The position numbers were made by a program, and so were the translations under genes. This document shows, one piece after another, positions 50,504 through 64,000 of a DNA stretch of 64,000 nt (its first letter is position 1; each line of letters opens with the position of its first letter). The notes under the pieces were generated by a model. That model searched no databases, had not been told where the DNA came from, and saw only the letters and a program-made list of their open reading frames with translations. This DNA comes from Vermamoeba vermiformis (lineage: Eukaryota). The stretch covers positions 1-64,000 of the forward strand of contig JBEWZL010000132.1 of NCBI GenBank assembly GCA_045837725.1, written 5' to 3'.

Positions 50504-52629
50504 TTACTCTTTCTTGTCTTGGTGGTTTTGTTTGTGGCGCTCAACTAATCCGGTGTAAGCACCATTCATTGCCAATAATTCTTCATGCGTGCCTTGTTCT
50601 ACAATACGACCACCTTGCATAAAGCAAATCTTATGGGCGTTTTGAATGGTCGTTAAACGATGCGCGATTATGATAGTCGTGCGACCGCGCATGAGCTTGT
50701 CAAGCGCTTCTTGAACTAGTCGTTCGCTCTCATTGTCGAGGGCGCTGGTGGCTTCATCGAGCAACAAAATCTTCGGGTTCTTGAGCACTGCTCGGGCAAT
50801 GGCAATACCTAAAAGTACGAGGTCAGCACGGAACTGTTGAGCTTGCTAGACTTTCAGACTTACGTTGTTTTTGACCACCCGAAAGCTGCGTACCACGCTC
50901 ACCAACAGGAGTGTCGTAGCCGAGAGGCAGAGCTGAAATGAAGTTGTGCGCATTGGCTTGCATAGCTGCGTGTATCATCTCTTCTTCAGAGCAATCAGGC
51001 TTGCCGTATCGAATGTTCTCGCCAATGGTGCCAGAGAACAAAGTAGGCTCTTGACTGACGAGACCAATGTTGGTGCGCAAGAACGACAAATCGTAATCGC
51101 GCGTGTCAACTCCGTCGATCATCACAGAGCCTTCGCTGGCGTCGTAGAATCGTTCGAGCAATTGAATGACAGTGGATTTGCCGCCACCAGAAGAACCAAC
51201 GAGGGCGACTTGTTGGCCGGGCTCGGTAGCTAAATTGAGGCCGTTGAGAATAAGGGCATCAGGGCGGCTTGGGTACGAGAACTTGACGTCTCGCATTTCA
51301 ATGCGACCTTCAGTCATTTGTTTGACCTCTCCAGATACGATTAGAGGCTTTCTTTCGATGACTTCGAATACAGCCACTGCAGCACCACGTGCCTTGGCAA
51401 TGTCGGGTAGAACTTGCATGACTTGGCCAAAACCCATGGCACCGAGAAGAATAGCAAAGAAGACACCAATGACGTCACCAGGGGCGTTCTCGCCTTTGAT
51501 GATTAATTGACCACCGTACCAGAATCCAAGCGCCATGACAGCGAAGACGAATAAGTTGGAGAAGCCGTAGCCAAGGCCGCGGATGTGGGCGCGCTTCTTG
51601 CCAGACTTGTATGCCTTGCTGAGCACTTCATCGTGTCGGGCAATCACAAATCTTTCAGCAACGAAAGAGAGCACCGTCTTGATGCCAGAAATAGCCTCTT
51701 GGGCCACAGTACTAGCAGTGGCAGCTTGCTTGGTCGCACGCTTTGCAGAGCTCGTCAGCAAGTAGCTTTCAAGGGCACCCGATGCGATGAGAGCGGGAGA
51801 CGAGGCTAACATTACAAGCGTCATCTAATACAGACACGTGTCATTAAAACTAACTGGCTGTCAAACTATGAAACACGTACCTTCCAGCCGAGATAAAGCG
51901 AGATAGCGATCGATGAAGCGGCTTGCGAGATGTAAAACATCAACAAACTCATCTTCTCAGAAACTCCCGCCAAAATCAACGCTGTGTTCGCTGACAAAGT
52001 ACCGACAAGTTCTCCCGATTGTTTGACGTCAAAGTATCCGGCCTAATGAATCCGTTAGTCTATCATCTCGAGTATAAGAATAATTCACACGTACCTCTTG
52101 TGCCAATAATGACTCGAAATATCTCGCTCTAATGCGCACAATGACCTTTTCACCGACTGTGATCCACATCATGTGTGACAGGTAGCCAAAGAGGGCACTA
52201 CCAATGCCAACACAAAGGAAGATAATAGCTAAAGATATGGTCAGTAACGCATCACTCATGTTAATTGTGACGTACCTATTTTTTGTACTTCAGCTTCGAG
52301 TACCGCGGGATCTTGCGGTGTAAAAAACAAGTTGAGAAGGTTTCCCATGAGCAATGAAAAGGCTGGATATGATACACCGTTGAATAGTGCGACTATAGAT
52401 ACGCATATGTCATTAGTAACTTTGTTGTGTACGTCGGAATTGAGATCTATCGCTTACAGATCGAGCCAAAAGCCATCATAGGGCGAAGGTCAGAAGCAAC
52501 GTCTAATATTTTGCTTAAAGGCACTGCAGGTGCGGTGTCTTTTTTGAACAGTTTCTTGCATCCGTTGTCCTTCTTGTTCTTTTTGACACTGGACGCGTCG
52601 TTTGGCATCTGAATCTTGACTTCAGCCAT
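50504..52629 (-). CDS. ABCB (MDR-type) half transporter, TMD-NBD
   Basis: Walker [11 protein letters not shown]-loop VSQEP, signature LSGGQKQR, Walker [13 protein letters not shown]-loop IAHRL. Confidence 0.95.
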
Positions 52630-53201
52630 TTGCTTTTGCTTCTGTTCACAGTTTTGCTTGATTAAACTTATTGATAATTTTAACCTTTTATGTTTGTCGT
52701 AAAAACTTCCGGGCTGGATGCTGATCGGAGGAGATCAGCACTTTAGATTTGTTCCGAAACCCCTGAACTTTGTGAACAAGAGAAAAATTCAGGACTTTTT
52801 TTGGTATTATTACGATAAAAGATCGCCTGGCTCGCGCGAATTATCTTTTACGGCCAAGGAAAGAAATTAAATTTCAAGGCAATATCCATCCGCTTCTTCA
52901 AGCACGTAATTACAGCTGCCAACGAATGATAATAATTTAAATGATATATACACTAATTTTACATACGCTGTTGTCACGTCATACTCGCGGATGAGCTGGT
53001 CGAACTCGACTGCACCAACTAGTTCTAAATGATGATAATAACCTCGTTGGATAATACATTATTTGTGATTGTATAAAATGATTGAAAAAAGACCGAGATT
53101 TTGTGGTTGTGGTGCTCATCTAGCTAGATGAAAGACAAAGTGATCGCGAAAATGTTAGGCGATTTATTATTACTTAAAAGAGACGACTCATTAAACAAGC
53201 A

Positions 53202-54217
53202 CTAAAAGCAAGTGTTAATGTTGTTGGCTGCAGGGCAGCAGGTCGAGTTGGAAGCAGGACAAACGGATGCGAATGGTGTGGTCGTAGCGCAGCAGAACTG
53301 ATGGTTGGGATCGTAGCAATGAATAGCGGAGCGTTGTTGACAGCATGACTATATTAGGAAAGGTAGGTAAGTTGAAACTGGTTGAAGAGGATCTCGGGAT
53401 CGAAATCTGGCTCAGACTTACTTGACGTTGTCCGCCGCTCAAAGGGCAAATAGTTCTACCTCCTAATTGAGATTGGCAACAGGTTTCACCGGAATTGGGA
53501 GTGAAGCAGATCGGAGTCTGGCTACCAAACGAGAGACCGCAGCAGGTTTGGCCAGGAGGACAGAGTTGACCATTAGAGCACACGCGAGACAAAGGTACTA
53601 TGCTACCCGAGCTACATCTATAATTCAAAGCATTAGTATTGATTAACAAACGTTTATGAAAGTAGATCTGAAAATTCATTATTTTTCCGTTACACAAAGA
53701 ACCGTGACATTACTACGCGATATTTAATATGACACTATCTATTATTACCTGTAAAGATTCGGATTATAGCATGTAGTACCGCACAGGGAGTCGTAGACAC
53801 TGCAGAGTTTGCAACCGTGAGCAGATGTCAAGCAACGGTGCGTCTTGCGATTGTAGCATTGGTTGCCGCACACGCCATCGTTCTTGCCACACAGTTTTCT
53901 GTTGTCTGCACACGTGTGGGTGTTGGGATTGTAGCACACAGGACCTTTAGATTGAAAATTCGTTAGATATGATTCTGATTTCATTATGGAACCGCAATTA
54001 ATACACAATTCTCGCGTAAAGCGTATAATATCATAGTAACAATCGATTTAGCTTGAAATCATAACTTCAGTTAGAGATCTGCTGTACCTAGCTGTGCATC
54101 ATGACAGCAACGGTCATGAGCGCCACAGTGACAGTTGTTTTCGACTTCAGTGATGTCACCTAGTGCGTAGATGATGAAGACGCCGATGAGCAAGCTAAGG
54201 AACAGAATAGTTTTCAT
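53202..54217 (-). CDS. Secreted cysteine-rich repeat protein (CG..CY.P..Y.C repeats, possibly carbohydrate-binding)
   Basis: Signal MKTILFLSLLIGVFIIYALG; repeats CYNPNTHTC, CGNQCYNRKTHRC, CGTTCYNPNLYRC; 4 exons. Confidence 0.75.
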
Positions 54218-54921
54218 AGCGAAAGAGTTGGATCTAACTTGAAGGTTGTTACGTGGTGTTAGATTGATTTAAAATAGCATTTCAAAACGAAATTTATACC
54301 TGGTGCAGAGAATCTGTTCGTGTTACATGTGAAATGTCGTGTAAAAGCAAACTGAAACCTTTCGTGACCCGGATGTACCTTTTTTGACGTTTCCTTGACG
54401 GATAATTGCTCGAATATTCCAAATTCCAACGCTAATATGGCCAAAGGAAGAAAAATAATGCACGTGCAGCTTCTAAGAATACCAAAACCGTTTGTTTGAA
54501 CCAAATTGGAAAAAAATTAGGCTGGATCTATTTCAGTCTTAGCTGCAATTTCGTTATTATTGAGGTTGCCATTCCATTAACGATTGTTATTGAAATATCA
54601 TCTAGCAATTATCGTAGTTTGAGAGTAATTTCAAAAATTTTGCTGGATCCTGAACGTTTTTCAATTTCTGTTCGTTATTGATTTAAAGTGGATTTATTAT
54701 GATATAATAACAAGATAATGATACAAAAGATTACGACATGAAAATTTGAACGGACTTACGGAACTCCGGACGATAAGAATTCAGATCTTAAATGGAAAAA
54801 GTTATTAATAACCGGGTCAATAAAATGTTACTCGATATACTATATTAAGCATATATAGAGAGAGGATATTGCTCGTAACAGCGTTGTATTACCTGTTTGA
54901 GGCAAATCTGCTCATCCGCTC

Positions 54922-55817
54922 TTAGTTCGTTCCTAGCAGCTTGATTTTCGAAATTTCGCAAATCTTCTTGGCTTTAGGGGTCACATTTTTAGTTACTACG
55001 ACGCAAGCTAAGACCACTTGTGGATTGACAGATTTGTACAGTTTGCCGATGCGGATTAGCAGAACAACATCAGCGATATCTACATTCTAAATATGAATGT
55101 TATTAATATACTATGTGTGTCAAATTAAATGACTTGATATCTGTATGGCTTCGACTTAATTTAGCTAAAATTTTGAATTGATATTAACTATTCAATTACA
55201 GTATTACTTTGCAATTAAATAGTTTTAAGATATTATTATATCGTGCAAATAGATATTAACGTTAAACTAATGATACGGCAAAAAATTTGGCCTAGATTTC
55301 ACGCACGTTAATTAAAATTAATTATACTAGGCTTCAATTAGCTTTGTAAACCTTCAAAAAATTAAAGGATAATTATATTTAATGTAATTACCTCTTTCAT
55401 ACTGCATAAAAACGTATTATTGCCTTGTTTGATTACATCAACGTCGATCGTTTCAGGAAAGCCATAAACAGATCCTTTTTCATCCAAATAACTCCATTTT
55501 GATAACTCTGCACCAGGAAACTCTTTTAATAGTAATTCCTGAATATTTGGTGGCGGAAATACGTTTTGAACTGGTGCGGGTGTTGTTGATGCAGCTTGTT
55601 GCTGTTGTTGAGCATTAATAACTTGAGCTTGTTGCTGGGCTGCTACAATTTCTCCTCGAATTTTAATAAATTCATTGCGAATGGACTCGCTGATTAATGT
55701 TTTAAATTCGTTTCTCAAATCTTTGTCGCTCTTGATCAAATCTAACACTTGTGCTTTATTAGGCTGGCCTGTATACGTGCCTGTTGGACTGCTGCCTGAA
55801 TACGAGGACTGCATCAT
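54922..55817 (-). CDS. PD-(D/E)XK fold protein resembling prokaryotic DUF3782-type proteins, two exons
   Basis: KWSYLDEKGSVYGFPETIDVDVIKQGNNTFLCSMKE|NVDIADVVLLIRIGKLYK...VVVTKNVTPKAKKIC; intron 55391-55087. Confidence 0.6.
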
Positions 55818-56094
55818 TATGCTAGTGTTGATCAACGTAAATACGAACAACAAAAAAGAAAATCAAACCGTGTCAAAAAATGACAGGCTGTCACGCGAAA
55901 TGTCACGTTAAATTACGTAGCGAACGCCACCAATAGCACGTAATAACATCCTAAGCCTTAATATAACGATGAATATCATAAAATGAGCTTAATCAGGAAG
56001 ATTTTGGACCAAGCAAACAAAGTTGTTGGATTTATGTACAAACAAACTTTTATTACAAGAGCAAAAAGTTACTATATAATACAACGTTGATATA

Positions 56095-58250
56095 TTATAT
56101 TCCTAATGGTTCAAACACGAATTTCGGGCACAACAAAGCGGTTACAGTGACCGTCAAGTACTGCAACACTTTGACAACGGCTTTGAGTTGGATTCCACGC
56201 GGTGAAAATATGCCCATAAAAAACTTCTCATTACGGGCTCTATTTAAATCTTCTAAGATCTTTTCTTCGGCTAATTTCTTCGGATCTTTTTCTTCGACGT
56301 GGATTCCATTCGTCGATCCGTTCGTTAAACCATTAGTTTGTGGCTTCAACGTTATATTTTCGGCCTTAGGGATCTCGAACCAAGGTATTTTAAATAAGGC
56401 TAGCAATTTCTTAAGCACTGTTGTAATGAGAACTTTGCCGCCGAAATATGTAACCAAGAATATCGCTAGACCAAGGCCTAGTCTCTTTCCAAAGACTGGA
56501 AGAGGCGATGCTCGTGGGAATTCAATGCCTTTAGATATTCCGTGCGCAAATAAACTGCCTGGAATAGAAAATAAAGTTAGCATCCGGATCTAAATCCATT
56601 AAAACAAGTGAATTCTGATTTGGTTCGCTTAATATAATAATAGTCGTACTCTATGTACTGTATAATAATATATTATCGATTATTACATAGAGTACGACTA
56701 TTATTATATCGATTATTACCTAGAGCGACAGGAATGAGCGTCAAGGACACCATGTAACAATTGTTGCTTATTTGTAAGTTCCATCCTTTGCGATTTGAAG
56801 TGTAATATAAGGGATGAATAAGACCTTGTATAATATAAAACATTGCGACTGCCCAAAGCACTAAATAAAATAAACAAATTAGGAACTTGATCTGCAACTC
56901 GTACACGATAAAATTTCGCTAAGAAACTTTAAATATAACTCATGCTAATATTAATTAAGCTGTACATACCTGGTGTATTAGCGTTGACCATAGCAGTGTT
57001 GACTGACTTGAAAAGCAAGCCGGATGCAGTACCAATAATACCGCCAACAGCAATGCCAGATAAAACGTCGGGCAAATAATGGACGCCGAGGTACATGCGC
57101 GAGAATGAAATTAACGCAATCCATGAAGCAATTCCAGCACCCCAACCGAACTTAATTAACGGCGATAAGCCCGCGTAGTTGATCTTCGACGCGTACCAAA
57201 TTGAAACTGCGATAGGCAACGAAGTTGATTGAAGAGCTGTTGAGAAGTAATGAGTATGTATAACGTATTGTCATAATTAAATCATCGCTGGGTGTGTTCT
57301 GATTCAAAGAAAGTTTGAAAATCTAAAATTGGAAATTTAGCATAGATTAGGCCTAATCGTCATCTTTTGCTAATAATAGGCCTTAAATAATATGCGAATC
57401 ATATTATACTGTTCAGGATTATATTAAAATAAATAGACCGCTGATCGTGTTCGGTAAAATAAAACTTCTAATTTGTAACGAGTTTTCGTTATTATTTTTG
57501 ATTTATATATTTAACACTTACCGTGGGTAGAAGGGAATGCGTATTCGTTCTCGTTAACGTTCCTTCCTTTCCAAACTTTGGTCGAGCAAGGACGCGGGAC
57601 CGAGAAATAATTTTTGAGCATGTTGCCAATACTGAATCCCAGCGGTATTGCAAGGCATAATAGTCGGGCTATACAATTGATACAGATTAGCAATTAAAAT
57701 ATCTATTTAGAAAATAAATATCGTGGATCCGACTGTATTCACAAAAACAGTTGGAAACCGAGCAAGTTATTTGTTGATTTAAATGACGTATCGAACAATA
57801 TTATGTCTATAAAAATAATAGAGTTTGAAATGGGAATTTACTGGTTAATTGAGAAAATTTTTTTGACATCTACTTTCCGTTAGTTGTTGGATTTAAGAAC
57901 GTACCTAATTCAGGCGAGCCGAACCAATGCAAAGCGGGCAATAATGTGATATAGAATTCTTCGTCGCATGTTTTACTGACGAACAAGGCGATTTTGTCAA
58001 GGATCGAATGACGAAACTATTAAAATAAATTAGGCCTCGTGGTAAATTCGAAATTCTTTATAATTTATCTATAATCGTATTTGCGATGTCTATATTCAGT
58101 GTAAAATAATTTGTAGAAGTTGAAGAACAGTTTTTAATAAGGATCGGGTACCTTTTGACAAAGCAAGACGAACTCAGTCTTTTCATCCGCAGTGCCAAAG
58201 AGCCACTTGGATAGCCTTGTCTTTCCTAGTGGTACCTTCTGCTTCATCAT
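56095..58250 (-). CDS. PAP2-family lipid phosphatase (sphingosine-1-phosphate phosphatase-like)
   Basis: KNYFSVPRP (C1), EYAFPSTH (C2), SRMYLGVHYLPDV (C3), multiple TM segments. Confidence 0.9.
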
Positions 58251-59070
58251 TCAATTCTGTAACAAATAAAAACCAGATGAAAATTTTCGCGCTCTTAAAA
58301 AGCTGCGGAAATCGGTTGCGGAAGACACAGGAAATATTTCTAGCTACACAACACAACGTATCATAACTTATGTTGATGACAATAGCTCAATTGGAAGCAG
58401 AGAAGAAATTAGAGAAGAATTAACGGATCCAAAAATCGTTTAAATTTTGGAAGGCTGTTTCAAATTACTGGTTTAAACCTCAAATTTATTTCAGTTAATT
58501 TCAGTTTTTGGAGGCCATAATTTCACCAAGCATGCCCGAGTAATTGTAAGTTCAGCCCGTAATTTTGCACTACATCCAACACACGCAACCCCGTTTAAAA
58601 TAATACAACGCTTTTGTAATAAATAGTATAACTAATATAACTAATTTATAGCGTTATAGGATCAAAAGAGGTGGACCTGTCGTGGGATGTAGATTTCAAC
58701 TGAGAGACCCATCTGCTTTTGGCGTCGTAATTGTTTAGCCAAGGACCTTCTGTAATACAATAGCACTTTGTTGGCGGGAATTAAGGCGAATTGAACTAGT
58801 TGATTGCGCCATATTCTATCAAATTTCAATCGATTTTCGATGCTTCGATCTTGGCCAACACATCCACCAATCGTCGAGTACTGATGCTGTCGCGATCGGT
58901 ACAATAGTCATACATATCTGCACATCGTTTGACAAATGTTTGACCCGGACTTTTGTACTTTCTTACCGCGCTTATTAGTTGCATTGCCGGAGCAAGAAGA
59001 AAGCGCACACAACTCGCGCAATCAAATTTATTTATTCAATAGGACACCACAATAGGCGAGTAGTTATATA

Positions 59071-62000
59071 ATGCCTAAAGCTAAGAGCAATAAGAAGAAA
59101 AAAAATGATAAGAATCAACTTTCCGAGGAGATCCGAGTAAATTTGCCTGCATCCACTGAAAAAGATGGAAAGAAGAAAGATAAGACTAAAGAAGATTTAA
59201 GAAAGTTAGCGGGAGCTCTTAGATTTATTTATTACCCGCAAAGTAACGAGATCCGTACCTCGAAATATACTATCGTCAATTTTTTATTTTTGGTAAGCTT
59301 ACTAAACTTGAAATAATAATTGCTATATTTTTAAATATTAATCTGACGCTCGGCGGTAATATCTCCGTTCCGAATGTCACTCGACGGACTACCAATCCGT
59401 TCGGATCCTACTAGAAGGTCGACGGATCCCGGTTAATTAACCGATATTTAATAGGCGTTATACGAAGAATTCAAAAAACCATCTAATATTTGGTTTCTTA
59501 TCATCGCAGTCATTACATTAACGCCTGCAAGCCCAGTGCCAGCCAATCAATTCATCGTTTTTTTTGTTTTTGTCTTGTTCGTTGGCTTGCTTAAGGCAGG
59601 AATAGAAGATATAGTGAGTACTCTATTAATTCCGGTCGTTCCGAGCTCATTCTGATTTTATTTTTTTTCTCAGATGCGGCATAAAGCGGATGACAGAGTA
59701 AACTTACAGCCAGTCGATGTAATACGTGACGGTGCCGAAAAGCGAATTAAATGGAAAAATATCTTGCCTGGCGATATTATTAAAGTCAAATCCGGCGAAG
59801 AGTTTCCAGCGGACATGGTCCTAATTTCTAGCGCAGAAGCAAACGGGATCTGTTACGTCTCGACAGCAAACTTGGATGGGTAAGTAAAATAGCGCATCAC
59901 AGGGCGGAGTACGGCCAAATTATCTTCGTTTTTTTGATTTTACGACGGTTCTCTATGAAATTTCTTAAAATACTCATTTTTATTCCTGATCCAGCGATTC
60001 TTCGCGACGCTTCGTGATAAAATTACCATTTATATATACTAGTATATCTAATTATGCAATATATAGCGAAACGACGTTAAAAACCAAACAAGCGGTTAAG
60101 TCTTTGCACCACTTGAACACAACCGAACAATTAACGACGTTAAAAATGATAATTAATGCCGAAAGTCCTTCGCCAAAAGTCGATCATTTTAGCGCATATG
60201 TAAATGTTATGAGCGAAGAAGGATCAGACTTGGAAAATGGAAAAAACGCCAGTGTGGCAGTGGATCACAACAATCTTTTAATAAGGGTACGTAACAAATC
60301 TATTACGCGGGTAATATTAACGTTATATTATAGAGCACGGTATTGAAGAATACGGAGTATATTTATGGCGTTGTAATTTATTCTGGCCGAAAAACCAAAT
60401 ACGCCCTCAACACCAAGTAGGTCACTTTGAAGCCCCGAAATTTCATTACTAATTAACGGTTACAGTGATAAAGCACGTCATCGCAGAAGTCATCTCGAGC
60501 GCAAATTAGATCGATATGTTATTGGTATTGCAGCCACTTCCCTCGGCTTCACCGCCATCTACACAGTGCTGGGTGTCATTTTTCACGTACGTCAAAAAAG
60601 CTTAATTTCATTAGCATATTTAGACTAATTATATGTATCTACTAGATTTATTTTATCGAAGGAAAGCATTGGTATATTGAAGAAGACTATTCGACGGGTC
60701 AGTTAGCCGCGTTGAATTTTTTCTCGTTTTTGGCGGTCATTTCTGGCTTGGTCCCGTTAGCGTTGTATATCACATTGGACCTTGTCCGTTTAATTCAAGT
60801 ACGTAGCCGGCACCTTCATCAATACTATAATAATACTGACCCTATACAGATGTATATTATAAGTCACGATCCGAAGTTATACGACGAGGAGAAAGAAATG
60901 CGTGCAGCTTCAAAATCGGCCAATTTGCACGAAGAGCTCGGACAAATTAAATACATTTTCTCCGATAAAACCGGAACATTGACCAAAAACAAGATGATAT
61001 TCAGAACTGCTCGTATTGGTCAACAAGTTTATGGATCCGCTAAGCTGCACGAACCGACTTCTCAAACGTTCCAAGATTTCAACGAACAATACAAACTGCC
61101 TCATATGGAACATTTTCATTGGGAGGACGAAGAGATGATGGAACAATTAGTAACTTTGTCGCAGATCAAGTCATGTGATGGTAAGTTAATTTTTCCGGAT
61201 CTAACTTGAATGAACTCACCAATCAATATAGAACTCGCCAAATCGGAGTTATTTATGTTCTGGTTGACCGTATCATTATGTCATTCCGTTGTTCCCTCAC
61301 CGACGGAAGGTGAACATGATCCGCGAGGTAAATTTATCGGAAATTTTTTTTGTAGCAATAGCTAATAGAAACTATAGTCGTGGTCTATCAAGCGAGTTCT
61401 CCCGATGAAAAAGCATTGGTAGAAGCAGCGGCCCAATTTGGCTTTTTCTTCAAGAAGCGCGAGTACGAAGATATGGATCTAGAAATATTCGGCCAACCAT
61501 TCAAATTTCAAGTGCTGAATACATTGGAGTTCTCGAGCGATAGAAAGCGCATGTCGGTCATTGTTAAGTCCAACTTTGGCGATCATGAACGCATCTTCTT
61601 ATTGTCGAAGGGTATGCAAGATTTTTTTTGACTTTGACACTTTGACGGTTTGACACGTGTCATTTAGGTGCCGATGCGGTGATGGTCGAACGAGCTGCTG
61701 CTGACCAGCCTTTCATCGAAACAAGCGCAATTGACGAACAAACCCGTCAATTTGCTTACGATGGTTTGCGAACGATTGTGCTGGCGTTCAAAGAATTAGA
61801 TTTGAATGAATATGCTACCTGGTACGAGACCTCGTACAAGCCATCGGTTGAGAACCTTACTGACAGACAGCGATTGATTGATGAGGCTGCAGGTTAGTAC
61901 CAACATGGCACTAAACGCGGATCTGACATTTTTGCAGAATTGATCGAGAAAGACTTGACCTTATTAGGCATTACAGGCATTGAGGACAGTCTTCAAACGG

Positions 62001-63866
62001 ACGTTCCCGAAACAATTTCTCTTCTCTTGCAAGCTGGTATCAAGTTTTGGGTCGTGGTAAGTTCAACAAAATATTCCCTTATTTGGCTATAGTTTTAATT
62101 CGTGTACTTATGCAGACCGGAGATAAGAAAGAAACAGCTATTAATATCGCTGTATCGTGTCAACTTGTCACCGAGCAACATTTACTAAAAGTGATTGCGA
62201 AGGATGAGAGTGAGATCGGCCAAGCTATTGACACTTTTGATCGTGAGCTTAGTGACCTTGTTATTCAATTACACGGCTCTGAGTGCCTCGAAGAAGATTC
62301 AATCCACAAAAAAAATATTTGCAATCAAAAGAAGACCGTACATCTGGACAAAGAGATCCGTATTGGTGCAGTACTCGATGGGCATACGTTAAACTGGGCT
62401 CTTAATCACGACTTCAATCACTTTATGAAGCTCATTACGCGGTGCGATTCTGTCATTATTTGTCGTGCGACTCCATTGCAAAAAGAACAAGTAAGATCCG
62501 AACATTGCAATAATAATAACCTTTGATCTGTATTAATGATAATCTATTAGGTTGTTAAAGCTACTAAGAAATATTTGCCTCGAAGTCAAACTCTTGCTAT
62601 TGGCGACGGAGGAAATGATGTCTCGATGTTGCGTGCGGCGGATGTGGGCATTGGTTTGCCGGGTGAAGAAGGTCGTCAAGCAGCAAGTACGTTATATATA
62701 TATTCCTAAATTAATATATAATGGTTATTAATGGCTTTTCGCAAACAGTGGCTGCTGATTTCCAGATTGGTCAGTTCAATCGACTCGCGCGTCTGGTGCT
62801 TGTTCGTGGACGATATTTCTATACTGGCATGGCATTTTTCTTGTTCTATTTCTTTTATAGAGTAAGTAGCCGGTACCTATAATACGACAATAACATATCA
62901 TACTCATTGGCTATTAATAGAGTTTTGCTTTAATCGTGCCAAGACTGTGGGCCAACGGGTTTGCAGCCTTCTCGGGCATCAACTTTTACCAAGCTTTATT
63001 CGACGGAGGATTCAATTTGCGTAAGTTTGTAGTCTTTAATAGTATAAGACCGGCGAGCTAATACTCTTCTATTAGTTTTCGCGTCCATTCCTATTTTGGT
63101 AGTGACGGCAGGAGAGCGAGACATGGCACCCAAACTTTTGTTGCGATACCCTGAACTCTATAGAGATGTCGCTAATCATCGCTATTTCAATCGCAAGAAG
63201 TTCTCGTATTGGCTCTTACAAGGAATTTATCATGGAACTCTTGTTTGGGCCGTGCCCGTCTTGCTTTTCAGTTCTTCGTACCCGACCTCGCTTGGATCTG
63301 AAGGCGGCGAATGGGTCGTGTGTGCTGTTAGCATGTTCTATTTGGTAGTATTGGTTAACTTACAAGTCGCTCATAGAATATAGTAAGTTCTAACCTTTCC
63401 CTAAAACTCGATCGAGGATCCGAATCTAACTTTTCCTCGCAGTTATTGGACTACCGTGCATCATGCAGTTATCTGGGGCTCAATAGTCTTATGTTTAGCA
63501 TTGACTATCGTATACGCCATTCCATCTTTGAATTCCGAGTATTCTGGCGTAGCAGTCTATTTCCTATCAACTGCAGAATTCTGGCTGGGCCTCCTATTAA
63601 TTGTTGCCCTCGCATTTTTGCCGTCTCATACATTCTGGTACATTGCGCGCAATTACAATCCCTCGCCTATGGACATTGTTCAAGAGATCCAGTTACTCGA
63701 ACACCGTCAACATCACCATGAGCATAAACATCGTCATAGAAGCAATACACCGCCTGCAGTTGAGTTGAAAGCCAATGCGTATCACGTGGACGAAAACAAT
63801 CCGGATCCACCTCACACGCAACGGTCAGTGCACGCTGAAAACAATAGCAATAAAGAACAAAGTTAA
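59071..63866 (+). CDS. P4-type ATPase (phospholipid flippase)
   Basis: [63 protein letters not shown]. Confidence 0.95.
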
Positions 63867-64000
63867 TTGTGTTGTATTCGAATAATTCCTAAGCTAACGG
63901 CCATTAGTAGTAGAAATAATGATCTTATGATAACAGATCTGCCATCAATGCACTCAAATTGAGTACAAGAGTAATTAGTTAATCGAATGCTATCAAAGTA

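Noticed and set aside
58662-59008. Two overlapping short minus-strand ORFs
   Set aside because: No recognisable motif or convincing splice model; they lie in a divergent promoter region.

Overview
This is a gene-dense eukaryotic nuclear window with many short GT-AG introns and the standard code. It probably comes from an amoeboid protist, an inference from tyrosine-type receptor kinases, G-alpha, a RhoGEF and Cys-less ligand-gated channels. I hand-spliced about 25 genes. They are an intron-containing Sola/DUF7869-like DDD transposase, two TKL kinases, two tandem Cys-less pentameric ligand-gated channels, a DUF72 protein, pirin, a Pro/Gln-rich ricin-B lectin, a PHD+HTH protein, NAPE-PLD, a 72-aa orphan, an RluA/TruC pseudouridine synthase, an F-box/pseudo-G-alpha fusion, a fused H2B-H2A histone, a DH-PH-PB1 RhoGEF, an F-box protein, G-alpha, a Rieske oxygenase, an EF1-beta domain, two receptor tyrosine kinases, an ABCB half transporter, a Cys-rich secreted protein, a PD-(D/E)XK-like protein, a PAP2 phosphatase and a P4-ATPase. 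The standout is a six-exon single-chain H2B-H2A histone doublet (30618-31943, minus) whose H2A.X-like tail is GQEY rather than SQEY. Other highlights are a DUF72 enzyme with a C-terminal PCNA PIP box, receptor kinases with DNRLRE/CBM96-like ectodomains, and the F-box/dead G-alpha fusion. All family calls come from motif recognition by eye; no searches were run and splice models are manual predictions.
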